A stretch of DNA of 64,000 bases from Deltaproteobacteria bacterium (GCA_023382265.1 JAMCPX010000015.1:748-64747); one strand, 5' to 3'. Positions 1 through 9,021 are shown, counted from the first letter of the stretch. Made by a program: numbers and translations. The notes: a model not told the origin generated them from the letters alone.

Positions 1-782
1 ACTACGATATATTTTCTGGAAACACCTTTGAGGGTAAAACAATTATACCAATTATCAGCGCTTTGAAGCAGCGGTATACAATAAGAAAGTTTACTGTTGT
101 TGCAGATGCAGGAATGCTCAGTGAAAACAACCTTCAAGAGCTTGAGAAAGCTGGTATTGACTATATAGTTGGCGCACGGAGTGGTTATCTGAGTATTACA
201 GAGGCAAGAAGTATTGCAAACAAACTTGATAAGGTAGACAAAAGGGTGATCAAGCACGATGCAATCTTGTATGAATACTCAACAGCACGAGCCAGAAAAG
301 ATAAAGCAGATAACGACAAAGCGATTTTAAAGGCGCAGTATTATTTGCAGAATCCTTCAGCAGCTATGAGGCGGTTAAGGTTTTTATCAGATATCGGCAA
401 GAAGGATTTTATCCTCAATGAAAAACTTATAGAGAAACATCGACTCCTTGAAGGAATAAAAGGATACAAAACAAACATTACTGATGTATCAGAACAGCTT
501 CTGATCGCTCGATACCACGATTTATGGAAAATAGAACAATCCTTTAGGATCGCAAAATCGGATTTAGAAGCCCGCCCAATTTATCATCGTAAGGAACTGT
601 CAATACAATATCATTTTTTGATTGTGTTTGTTGCGTTGTGCATGACACGCGTTATTGAGCAAGAAAAAGGTAAATCTGTTAGACAGGTGGTCGATGAACT
701 CAAAGACAAGTGGACTATTACATTAAAAGACGAAATTTCTGGCAATTCCGTAAATATCCTTATCAACAAAAAACCGCACTAA
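1..782 (+). mobile_element. IS4-superfamily (IS1634-like) DDE transposase gene, 5' end cut by the window edge
   Basis: The frame is open from nt 3 to TAA at 780-782; the listed ORF 63..782 merely starts at an internal TTG. Contains VVADAGMLS and a C-terminal YHDLWKIEQSFRIAKSDLEARPIYHRKE (Y-x2-R-x3-E-x6-K type signature). Confidence 0.8.
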
Positions 783-2107
783 TTGGGAAACTCAGGATAG
801 ATATAGGTGAATGTAGTCGTGGTAAATGTGGAAGGTACGCTTGTTATTGGATAGCTTATACTTACCGGTGTTCCGGCAGTAAGCACAGGATATGGTCTTG
901 ACAGGATATCCATAACAGGAAAGTCGTTTGCGCCGTTTGAATCAAGCAGGATCAAGCCGGTGCCATTGTTGGACAAAAAAGCATCGCTATACGCCCAGAA
1001 CATCCAGTTGCTCAGCTCGATGTCGAGCTTGTTGGTCAGTGCTGTCATGTACGCGGCGCTGTTGTTCTCGTTGTGATCAAGTCCCATCTCATCAATGATA
1101 TACGGGGTCTTCATTGTACTGCTAACATTGACTATTTCGGGTATCGTTGTCTGCAGGGAGGATATATCCGCAGTGTTTATACTGCTTCCGGAGCTCAAAG
1201 GGTAGTAGTGTGGTGCAAATATGAGGTTTTCGAAATCTTTCGGAAAAGTGGTGCTGCTTACGCCTGTATTATAGTTGTGGAGAAGGTTGGTCATCGTTAC
1301 AGAAGGCTCAAAAGCAATGGCATGTGATGGATCAACCTTTCTTATGGCATTTGCTACCTTTTCATAAAATGGAACAAGTGCCTCAATTTCAAAGTCCGTT
1401 GTAAAAAGGTTGTACTGCCCCGGGAAAGGCTCATTCATTATCTCATAACCGAGTACCGAGGTGTTGGTTGCAAACAAGGCTGCTACACGCTGCCATGCCA
1501 TGGCATAATGTTCTTGCAAACCCATTCCACCAGGTGCAGGCCTGTCGTCCCAGAAGTTTTGGAAAGACTGTGTAATTGCTGGAACCAGATAATTTGTTGC
1601 CCAGTTGCTTGTACTGCATTGGCTCACCTCATAACCTGCAAGGTCACATGCCCATGCAGGTGCCCCGTCTCCATAGCAAAGAGATTGGCTGTAAAGGTCC
1701 TGGTGCATGTCAAGAAGCACGAGCAAGCCATCATCAGCGCACATCTGAACCTCCTGCCGGATCTGATCAAGATAATTTGTATCAATCATGCCGGGTGCCG
1801 GCTCAAGCCCTGCCCATATAATAATGAGCCGTACGGCATTGAATCCTGCCCGTTTGATATTTGCAAAATAAGGTGCAGCATCAGCGGTTGTTGCTGTAGC
1901 AGGTAGGGAGTCCGGCAGATAAGGAGGTAATTTCTGGCTTACATTTATTCCGTGTATAATAATGACCCGGCCCTGCGTATCCCTGAGCCATGTACCGTCT
2001 GACCAGACAGTTGTATGGTTAACAGCAGGAGTTGTTTTATTGCCTGAGCATCCCGAGATTGATGCAGGCAATAAAATGGATAAAAAGATATAAATCATAA
2101 GTTTCAT
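779..2107 (-). CDS. Secreted lipoprotein, glycoside hydrolase family 5 (endoglycoceramidase/cellulase-like), probably C-terminally truncated
   Basis: 442 aa. Signal peptide plus lipobox (ISGCSG). Clan GH-A motifs: EIMNEP (acid/base) and IIDEMG (nucleophile region). The 3' end overlaps the transposase stop by 4 nt. Confidence 0.8.
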   Translation of the reverse strand: MKLMIYIFLSILLPASISGCSGNKTTPAVNHTTVWSDGTWLRDTQGRVIIIHGINVSQKLPPYLPDSLPATATTADAAPYFANIKRAGFNAVRLIIIWAGLEPAPGMIDTNYLDQIRQEVQMCADDGLLVLLDMHQDLYSQSLCYGDGAPAWACDLAGYEVSQCSTSNWATNYLVPAITQSFQNFWDDRPAPGGMGLQEHYAMAWQRVAALFATNTSVLGYEIMNEPFPGQYNLFTTDFEIEALVPFYEKVANAIRKVDPSHAIAFEPSVTMTNLLHNYNTGVSSTTFPKDFENLIFAPHYYPLSSGSSINTADISSLQTTIPEIVNVSSTMKTPYIIDEMGLDHNENNSAAYMTALTNKLDIELSNWMFWAYSDAFLSNNGTGLILLDSNGANDFPVMDILSRPYPVLTAGTPVSISYPITSVPSTFTTTTFTYIYPEFPN

Positions 2108-2188
2108 GCTTGTAATTTATTATAGGATACACAGGCTGTCAATCCCAAAGATGCAGACTCAAGATTAAGAAAACGTAACCCCACCCAT

Positions 2189-2209
2189 CCTCCTTTTGGT
2201 AATGGGAGG
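2189..2209. repeat. Hairpin repeat CCTCCTTTTGGTAATGGGAGG (copy 1 of 2)
   Basis: The 21-mer differs at one base from the copy at 21189..21209. CCTCC/GGAGG stem; the flanking CCACCCATCC resembles the GGATGGTGTGG flank of copy 2. Confidence 0.7.
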
Positions 2210-2395
2210 CTTTCTCAATTCATGCTACTATTGTATTTGTCGGGCAAACCTATTCGTACCTCAGTAATTCTATGGGGTCGAACTGTGCCGACTTGTACGG
2301 CGTGGTGTGCGCCGAAAAATATACACGCGAAATTGTACGGGCTATTGATAATCTTTAAATGGGCAAGCATGTGAATGTGGCTTAGAGTTTAACTC

Positions 2396-2439
2396 AAAAA
2401 TGCAATAGGGTGGGGCGGGGAAACCCCGCCCTTGCATTT
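2396..2439. repeat. AAAAATGCAATAGGG-family intergenic element (copy 1), nested hairpin; probable terminator of the NHL gene
   Basis: AAAAATGCAATAGGGTGGGGCGGGGAAACCCCGCCCTTGCATTT. Outer stem AAATGCAA/TTGCATTT, inner stem GGGGCGGGG/CCCCGCCC. Lies 70 nt downstream of the minus-strand stop at 2509. Confidence 0.65.
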
Positions 2440-2508
2440 AACTCTTTCATAATTATTTTTCGTGGCGGCCCAACGGGTCGCCCCTACAATCTTAACTTCT
2501 CAACTATC

Positions 2509-4494
2509 CTATGGATACACCCTGTTTAAATACTCATTATACGAGGTAATTATGCTCCCGTCAGGCAATGTGGCAATCTGATTAGCAGGACCATTCAATG
2601 TTGTCACATATGACGCAGAGCTTGTACCCTGGTTTATAAGCCATATATTTGCGCCGCCTGTTGAGTTGTCTGTTCCGTAGAACTGTCCGGATGGCCCAGT
2701 TGATACTGCATATAGTCCAATGTTGTTCATCAGCACTGTGGGTGCAACCGGACCGCTGCCTGCAGAGGATGCACTCTTAAGGTTAAATGCACCTGAATCA
2801 GGTATGATAAGCGTGCTGCCCTGAGTCAGAAGTTGCAAGAATCCGCTCAACCCGGAGACAAAGGATGCGCTGACCTGTGTGCCGGATGCATCATACTTTG
2901 CAATGGTGTTTGTACCTATATTCACAAACACATTACCAGATCCATCAACAGCCACATCATACGGCGTGCCGAGCCCGCTAATATCAAGCCACGGGCTTAT
3001 GGTGCCTCCGCCTTGCGGTACTGTCTCAATTTTGCCAACCCCTGCATCGGCCATCAATAAAACCCCATTGGGGCTGAAGGTGCAGCCTAAAACCTGTCCG
3101 CCGGGGATTGCATTGCTTGTCGCATAGATGGATGTCTTGTTGTCTGGTGTAAGCTTAACAATCATCGGCCGTTGATAAAAGACGGATATGTATACATTGC
3201 CTGCACTATCAGCTCCCATGTTTCCATAATATCCATAAGGCCCTGCTGCAAACCATGTGATTGTATCGGGAACTCCGGCTCCGGTGAATGTTACCTTTGA
3301 GACCACAAGATCATTGCTGTTAGCAATGTACAGATTGTCGTTAGTATCAAAGGTCATGCCCATGGGATTTAAGCCATTGCTGGTGGTGAAGCCCTGACTT
3401 ACAGTGCCGGCCCCGGTCCCAACACCGATTACCTTGGTTATTGTATTATTATTTGGACACGACACAAGCAGCACATTCTGTGATTGCCAATACACAACGC
3501 CTGCTGCACTTCCAGCGGCGCATATAGCAGTTGCCCATGTAGTATTCAAGGCATGCGAACTGATGTTGTATTGTGCTATGTTATTGCCTGCAGCGATGTA
3601 GAGATAGCCGTTTATCTGCGATATGCCCTGTGGGCTTGTGAGCGTGCCGGCTCCAAGGCCTGTCGGCTGAGAGCCGCTCCCATTGATTGTATACTTATAC
3701 ACTGAGCCGTTTGATGGATATGTTACGTACAGGTTGCCTGCATTATCATTGGTGAGCATGAATGGCTTTAAGGCCTGGGATCGCCACGCAGTCACCTTGC
3801 CATTATCCGGGTTTACAATCTTTATCCAGTATTTTCCGCTTCCATCTGTTATTGTTTCTGCTACATACAGTACATTGTTGGTGAATGTTATGCCAACGGG
3901 GTTGTTCAGTCCTGTTGCAATGACCTGTGCAACGCCGTTTTGATCAATCTGAGCGATATGGCCTAAGCCATCCGTTGTATACAGCATGTTGGCCGGCGTA
4001 GCTGTAATTGCCATGGGTACAAACATAATATCAATCGGTTGGACAGTTCCTGACGGCACAAGCTCATACGCAACCGCATTGCTTGCCAGTTGGTTTACCG
4101 CTACATTGGTAACGATCGTTTGTGTAAGCCCGTTACCGGTTACCAGCGATGCCGGTGGTTTGATCGTAATCTGTGAGTCGGTCCAGTTTATTGCTGTGCC
4201 TGCGTCAGCACCGTTCATATAAACTTTGCCTGTGCCTTGAGTGGTCGAGAAATTTACGCCTGTGATTTTTACAATCGTGTTCACAGATGCTATTGGTGTA
4301 ATGTTTGTGATCAATGGCTCAATGCCTGTTGGTCCTGTTGTTCCTGTTGGTCCTGTTCCGCCTGTTGCTCCTGCCGGACCTGCTGCACCGTTCTTACCAT
4401 TTGAACCTGAACAGCCCCCTGAAAGCATGGCTGTGCCGAGTATCCCTGTTATTAATAAACCTAATACGATCTTAAATATGTTTTCCTTTATCAT
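2509..4494 (-). CDS. Surface lipoprotein with a short collagen-like GXY stalk, an IPT/TIG domain and NHL-type beta-propeller repeats
   Basis: 661 aa. Lipobox LSGGCSG. Eight GXY triplets (GKNGAAGPAGATGGTGPTGTTGPTG). ITGVNFS IPT-like segment. Repeated NLYV/NVYI/LYIA blades typical of NHL repeats. Confidence 0.7.
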   Translation of the reverse strand: MIKENIFKIVLGLLITGILGTAMLSGGCSGSNGKNGAAGPAGATGGTGPTGTTGPTGIEPLITNITPIASVNTIVKITGVNFSTTQGTGKVYMNGADAGTAINWTDSQITIKPPASLVTGNGLTQTIVTNVAVNQLASNAVAYELVPSGTVQPIDIMFVPMAITATPANMLYTTDGLGHIAQIDQNGVAQVIATGLNNPVGITFTNNVLYVAETITDGSGKYWIKIVNPDNGKVTAWRSQALKPFMLTNDNAGNLYVTYPSNGSVYKYTINGSGSQPTGLGAGTLTSPQGISQINGYLYIAAGNNIAQYNISSHALNTTWATAICAAGSAAGVVYWQSQNVLLVSCPNNNTITKVIGVGTGAGTVSQGFTTSNGLNPMGMTFDTNDNLYIANSNDLVVSKVTFTGAGVPDTITWFAAGPYGYYGNMGADSAGNVYISVFYQRPMIVKLTPDNKTSIYATSNAIPGGQVLGCTFSPNGVLLMADAGVGKIETVPQGGGTISPWLDISGLGTPYDVAVDGSGNVFVNIGTNTIAKYDASGTQVSASFVSGLSGFLQLLTQGSTLIIPDSGAFNLKSASSAGSGPVAPTVLMNNIGLYAVSTGPSGQFYGTDNSTGGANIWLINQGTSSASYVTTLNGPANQIATLPDGSIITSYNEYLNRVYP

Positions 4495-4528
4495 AATTTT
4501 TATCTCCCTTTGTGATTTAACTTTAATT

Positions 4529-4623
4529 CCCTGTAGCTACTACAGGGTTTCCTTATGTCATTCCTGTGAAAGCAGGAATCCAGAAAACTAAAAGATTGGA
4601 TTCCGTATCAAGGATGGAATGAT
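4529..4623. repeat. Cluster of palindromic elements upstream of the NHL gene
   Basis: CCCTGTAG-cta-CTACAGGG (8-bp stem, 4529-4547). Then GTCATTCCTGtgaaagCAGGAATCC ... GGATTCC..GGAATG (4557-4623). Confidence 0.6.
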
Positions 4624-4644
4624 AATTTAATTGCTGTGTTTGTA

Positions 4645-5067
4645 TTATATTGCTGCAGGAGGTGGATGGAAGATAGCCTTGACAAAATATTCTGGTTTAA
4701 AAAGAATCACTGCTTCAAAAAGAGTGTATTTAGTGTAAATGATAAAAGATGTCATATTAGGTATGATGGCAGTGGTATCCGGGTTATCATCAATGCTCTG
4801 TCTTTTACTCATGGGATAGGATTGCTGAGAATGTTGCGATTGTAAGATGGTAGGAGAGTTAATCGGCGTATAAAATGGGTCTTGCCCCTGCCATTTGACA
4901 AAGCCTTCAGAAGATGTGACCCGATCAGATATGCTTTCAGAAGATGTATCCTGATCAAAATTAAATAATACAGTGGTGTACCCTATAGATGGCATTGCAA
5001 GCAACACAAGGATATAAAACAATGTGAGATATCTTCTATTCACAGGATTATATGTCTTTTGCATCAT
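4645..5067 (-). CDS. Hypothetical secreted/membrane-anchored protein
   Basis: 140-aa ORF with an N-terminal hydrophobic segment (LTLFYILVLLAMPSIG). Co-directional with the NHL gene. No recognisable motif. Confidence 0.35.
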   Translation of the reverse strand: MMQKTYNPVNRRYLTLFYILVLLAMPSIGYTTVLFNFDQDTSSESISDRVTSSEGFVKWQGQDPFYTPINSPTILQSQHSQQSYPMSKRQSIDDNPDTTAIIPNMTSFIIYTKYTLFEAVILFKPEYFVKAIFHPPPAAI

Positions 5068-5105
5068 ACACCAATCCCCATGTTCATAAGTCTATAAGAT
5101 TAACC

Positions 5106-5139
5106 AAAAAAATGCAATAGGGTGGGGCGGTTTTGCAAT
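5106..5139. repeat. AAAAATGCAATAGGG-family element (copy 2)
   Basis: AAAAATGCAATAGGGTGGGGCGG is identical to copy 1 over 23 nt. Lies downstream of the epimerase gene. Confidence 0.65.
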
Positions 5140-5192
5140 CCACTTCTGTGTGTTTCGTGCGATCCACCTGTGGGTGCGGACGGGGCACTCAT

Positions 5193-6131
5193 CTAAATGG
5201 TGGAAAAGTATTCAATCGTCTTTTTAAGTCCGTCCTTAAAATCAACAATTACCTTATAACCAAGGTATTTGATTGCCTCTGCTATATCTCCCTGCGAATG
5301 CTTCACATCACCCTTTCTTTCTTCCTCATAATCAGGATTGGCATTCTTACCCGTTATTCCTTCGATATAACTTAATAATTCATTTAATGTGTATCTATTG
5401 CCGCATGCAACATTAAAGACCTTCCCGGATACACCTGGAGAAGAACAGGCGTTTATATTAGCCTGAACAACATTATCTATGTGTGTAAAGTCTCTTGACT
5501 GTTCTCCATTCCCGTAGACTATGGGTCTATCACCTTTTAGTATTGCTGTTATAAATCTTGGTACTACTGCCGCATACATGGATTTTGGATCCTGCCTTGG
5601 TCCAAATATATTGAAGTATCTTAGACTTACCGTTTCTATATCATAAACCTGCGAAAACACATTGCAATAATACTCTCCTGTAAGCTTGCTTACAGCATAA
5701 GGCGAAAGGGGTAATGGTATCATATTTTCCTTTTTTGGAAGGACGCAGGTATTACCATAAGCAGATGAACTCGCTGCATATACAACTCTCTTTACCTTAT
5801 TATCAACGCTTGCCTTAAGCACATTCAATGTACCATTTATATTTACTGCATTTGTTGTAATAGGGTCCTCAATGGATTTTTGCACAGACGGGATTGCTGC
5901 TTGATGTAAAACAAAATCTATTCCATCCGTAGCCTTTCTAACAACATCTGTATCCCTTAAATCACCTTCCATCAGTTCAAAGTGCATATGAGAAGCCGCA
6001 TTCAAAAGGTTCTCTTTTTTACCCGTAGAAAAATTATCCAGCACCCTTACAAAATGGCCGTCGTTTAACAATTTGTCGGTGATATTTGAGCCGATAAACC
6101 CTGCACCGCCTGTAACAAGGAATTTAGCCAT
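5193..6131 (-). CDS. NAD-dependent UDP-sugar 4-epimerase (TviC/WbpP-like)
   Basis: 312 aa. TGGAGFIGSN Rossmann motif, DNFSTG, and a YAVSK (YxxxK) catalytic motif. Adjacent to a TviB/WbpO-like dehydrogenase. Confidence 0.85.
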   Translation of the reverse strand: MAKFLVTGGAGFIGSNITDKLLNDGHFVRVLDNFSTGKKENLLNAASHMHFELMEGDLRDTDVVRKATDGIDFVLHQAAIPSVQKSIEDPITTNAVNINGTLNVLKASVDNKVKRVVYAASSSAYGNTCVLPKKENMIPLPLSPYAVSKLTGEYYCNVFSQVYDIETVSLRYFNIFGPRQDPKSMYAAVVPRFITAILKGDRPIVYGNGEQSRDFTHIDNVVQANINACSSPGVSGKVFNVACGNRYTLNELLSYIEGITGKNANPDYEEERKGDVKHSQGDIAEAIKYLGYKVIVDFKDGLKKTIEYFSTI

Positions 6132-6165
6132 TTGCTCTCCTCTTTATCATAAAAATATTTAACTG

Positions 6166-6205
6166 AAAAATGTAATAGAGTTGTGGGGGCGAGATTACCC
6201 CGAAT
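6166..6205. repeat. AAAAATGCAATAGGG-family element (copy 3, diverged)
   Basis: AAAAATGTAATAGAGTTGTGGGGGCGAGATTACCCCG. Lies downstream of the dehydrogenase gene. Confidence 0.5.
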
Positions 6206-6246
6206 CTACTTGTTTGCTCCATGTAATTGTTTACTCATTATTTTGG

Positions 6247-7560
6247 CTATAGTTTTATAACCTTATCGCTTTTAATACTCTTAGTAGCATTTTTTGTATC
6301 AAATACAAGTTTTGCGTACTTTACAATCCAATCGTAATTATAAACAGAATGATCGGTAAGTATAATTACGCAATCAGCATCCGATAAAATTTTTTTGTTT
6401 AATTTTGTAGATTTCATAGATAAACCATTTTCTTCTATTCTATCAACGTAAGGATCGCAGTACATAATTTTACCATATCTATGTCTGATCTCTTCAATCA
6501 CGGGTATAGAAGGGGATTCTCTTAAATCGCTCACATCCCTCTTGTATGCAACACCAAGAATCAGTACCTTACTGTTTTTTATGCTCTTGCCTTTTTTGTT
6601 AAGCAGTTCTGCAAGACGATTCACTATGTATAAAGGCATATCGTTATTTATATCTGTGGCGAGTTCTATAAACCGAGTTCTATAATTAAAAACCTTCATC
6701 TTCCATGTTAAATAAACAGGGTCTATGGGAATGCAATGCCCGCCTATACCAGGCCCGGGATAAAATGGCACGAATCCATAAGGCTTTGTTTTTGCAGCAT
6801 CTATAACCTCCCAGATATTTATGCCAAGCTTATTACTTATAATAGCCATTTCATTTATAAGGCCTATATTTACGCTTCTGAATGTGTTCTCAAGCAGCTT
6901 CACCATCTCCGCCGTATCTGCCGATGAAACCGTTACAACATTCCTTATAATCTGCTTAAATAACAACTGAGCCAATTCCGTAGAAAACTGCGTTACTCCG
7001 CCTACAACCTTTGTAATATCGGGTAGCTTGTATCTCTTATTACCTGGGTCTATTCTCTCCGGTGAAAAGACTGCAAAAAAATCCTTATCAAGCACATAAT
7101 TTTTATCTTTAATCGTTTCTACAACATATTCTCTTGTTGTACCCGGATATGTTGTACTTGTTAATATAATGAGTTTTGGTTTTGATATATGCGACTTTAT
7201 CTCTTTAACCGCAGATGTTATAAAGTACATGTCCGGCTCTTTTGATTTTCCCAACGGTGTCGGTACACATATATCAATCACATCTGTGTTATCTATGTTG
7301 TCATAAGAACTTGTATAGCTTATAAAACCGGTTTCATTTATATCTTTAAGCTCTTCAGAACCAATATCCGTTATATAAGATTCATTATTTTTTAATGCGT
7401 TGACTCTTTTTTCATTAAGATCAATCCCAATCACATGAAAATTATTTTTAGCAAACTCCAATGCGTAAGGCAGACCTACGTAACCAAGACCTATTATCGT
7501 CACCTTAGCATCATGTGCGGTTATTTTTTTCTTTAAAAGATCAAAAAAAGATCCCTTCAT
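6247..7560 (-). CDS. Nucleotide-sugar 6-dehydrogenase (UDP-GlcNAc/UDP-ManNAc dehydrogenase, TviB/WbpO-like)
   Basis: 437 aa. N-terminal GLGYVGLP Rossmann motif and catalytic-Cys motif GGHCIPIDP. Confidence 0.85.
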   Translation of the reverse strand: MKGSFFDLLKKKITAHDAKVTIIGLGYVGLPYALEFAKNNFHVIGIDLNEKRVNALKNNESYITDIGSEELKDINETGFISYTSSYDNIDNTDVIDICVPTPLGKSKEPDMYFITSAVKEIKSHISKPKLIILTSTTYPGTTREYVVETIKDKNYVLDKDFFAVFSPERIDPGNKRYKLPDITKVVGGVTQFSTELAQLLFKQIIRNVVTVSSADTAEMVKLLENTFRSVNIGLINEMAIISNKLGINIWEVIDAAKTKPYGFVPFYPGPGIGGHCIPIDPVYLTWKMKVFNYRTRFIELATDINNDMPLYIVNRLAELLNKKGKSIKNSKVLILGVAYKRDVSDLRESPSIPVIEEIRHRYGKIMYCDPYVDRIEENGLSMKSTKLNKKILSDADCVIILTDHSVYNYDWIVKYAKLVFDTKNATKSIKSDKVIKL

Positions 7561-7600
7561 TTATTCCACATCGTCCTATTAGTTGATTTTAGCAAGAATT

Positions 7601-8677
7601 TTAAAGGTATTCCTTAAGATTCTTCTCTCTCAGAATATTTACTATTTTTGATATGGTTTCATCACTGCCTTTTTTTGTAACAAGCACTACACCGGAAGAT
7701 GCTATAACAATAATATCTGATATGTTTGCGGTAACAACAAATCCATATTCGTTCATAACTATATTGTTAGAGCTTCCAATATCAATGCCGTTACCAATCC
7801 TTCTATTCCCCTTTTCATCCTGTTTAATGGCAATGCCTGCCAGCTGTTCAAAGCTTCCAAGATCTGCCCAGCCGGTATTCATTTCGATAACGTACACGTT
7901 ATCCAACTTTTCAATAATACCTTTATCTATTGATAAATCCTGAAGCTTTATATATTCCTCTTTAATCGTCTTTCGTTCATAAGGACCTTTCAGCTGCTTT
8001 TTTATCCTATTAAGGGCATCAGACAGCTCTGGCATATATTTTTTTATTGCCGCAAGCATTATGTCCGCCTTTGCAACAAATATGCCTGCATTCCATAGAT
8101 ACCCCTCTTTTATGAATTGTTCTGCAAGTTGCATATCCGGTTTCTCGGTAAACCTTCTGACCCTGTAAAGACCCGGAGTGTCTTTTAAAGAAGATGTTTC
8201 TCCTTTTTCTATATAACCATAATTAGTAGAAGGTGATGCCGGTTTTACACCAAAAATCACGACGCCGTTTATTTTTTCACACGCATCAATTGCCGCCTTT
8301 AAAAGAAGGGATAATTTATTATCATCTTCTATGTAATGATCTGCCGGCATTACAATCATAACAGGATTCTGTTCCCGTTCTGTAATATGAATTGCTGCAA
8401 GCCCGATTGCGGCAGCAGTATTCCTGCTGATCGGTTCTGTGATCACATTTACTACTGATAATTCTTTTACAGCATCATAAATGGGTGCAAAGACTTCTTC
8501 ATTGGTTACAACAAAAACATTTTTCCTTTCTGTAACATTCTCAAGTCTTTCCATGACTTGCCTTATGAGAGGTTTATCCCGCCCTATTGCAAGTGTAGGC
8601 TTTGGCTTTGAAATTCTTGATAGTGGCCACAACCTTTTACCCTGTCCGCCGGCAATGATAACACCATACACACTCAT
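7601..8677 (-). CDS. Mannose-1-phosphate guanylyltransferase (nucleotidyltransferase part of ManC)
   Basis: 358 aa. AGGQGKRLWPLSR signature at the N-terminus. Overlaps the upstream cupin gene by 4 nt. Confidence 0.85.
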   Translation of the reverse strand: MSVYGVIIAGGQGKRLWPLSRISKPKPTLAIGRDKPLIRQVMERLENVTERKNVFVVTNEEVFAPIYDAVKELSVVNVITEPISRNTAAAIGLAAIHITEREQNPVMIVMPADHYIEDDNKLSLLLKAAIDACEKINGVVIFGVKPASPSTNYGYIEKGETSSLKDTPGLYRVRRFTEKPDMQLAEQFIKEGYLWNAGIFVAKADIMLAAIKKYMPELSDALNRIKKQLKGPYERKTIKEEYIKLQDLSIDKGIIEKLDNVYVIEMNTGWADLGSFEQLAGIAIKQDEKGNRRIGNGIDIGSSNNIVMNEYGFVVTANISDIIVIASSGVVLVTKKGSDETISKIVNILREKNLKEYL

Positions 8678-9021
8678 TTTGTTCTCCCATAGTCATCCTC
8701 AAAACGAACTACATCATCCATATGCGATGTTGATACCTCATATATATACGCGTCTGTTATTGCATTTATCCTGTGTTTTGTTCCCGGCTTTATTCTTATA
8801 CTCTCGCCTTGTTTTAATTCTACTTTTTCGGTATCTTTAGAATCAGGCAACTCCATAACCACTTTTCCTTTTTCAAGAAACATCGTCTCATCTTTCTGCT
8901 TGTGCATTTGTAAACTTGAACGCGTCCCTGCCTTAAGAAATAGCAGCTTACCAATATAAAGCTCTGATTCAGCCCATACGAGTTCATAGCCCCACGGCTT
9001 ATTTATCCTTCGCGGCATCAT
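8674..9021 (-). CDS. Stand-alone cupin, type-II phosphomannose-isomerase-like (ManC C-terminal domain homologue)
   Basis: 115 aa. KPWGYE...SLQMH...H-containing cupin motifs and a C-terminal DDVVRFEDDYGR, as at the end of bifunctional ManC. Confidence 0.7.
   Translation of the reverse strand: MMPRRINKPWGYELVWAESELYIGKLLFLKAGTRSSLQMHKQKDETMFLEKGKVVMELPDSKDTEKVELKQGESIRIKPGTKHRINAITDAYIYEVSTSHMDDVVRFEDDYGRTK

Noticed and set aside
2210-2395. Direct repeat TTGTACGG (2303 and 2334) and GC-rich snippets between the GH5 and NHL genes, considered as a small gene or RNA.
   Set aside because: There is no open frame with an RBS and no convincing fold. It is more likely decayed sequence or repeat debris next to the IS-associated island.
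4241-4591. 116-aa plus-strand ORF with a proline-rich PVGPVVPVGPVPPVAPAGPAAP stretch.
   Set aside because: It is the mirror translation of the collagen-like GXY repeat of the minus-strand NHL lipoprotein gene. It runs across that gene's start and the palindromic repeats.
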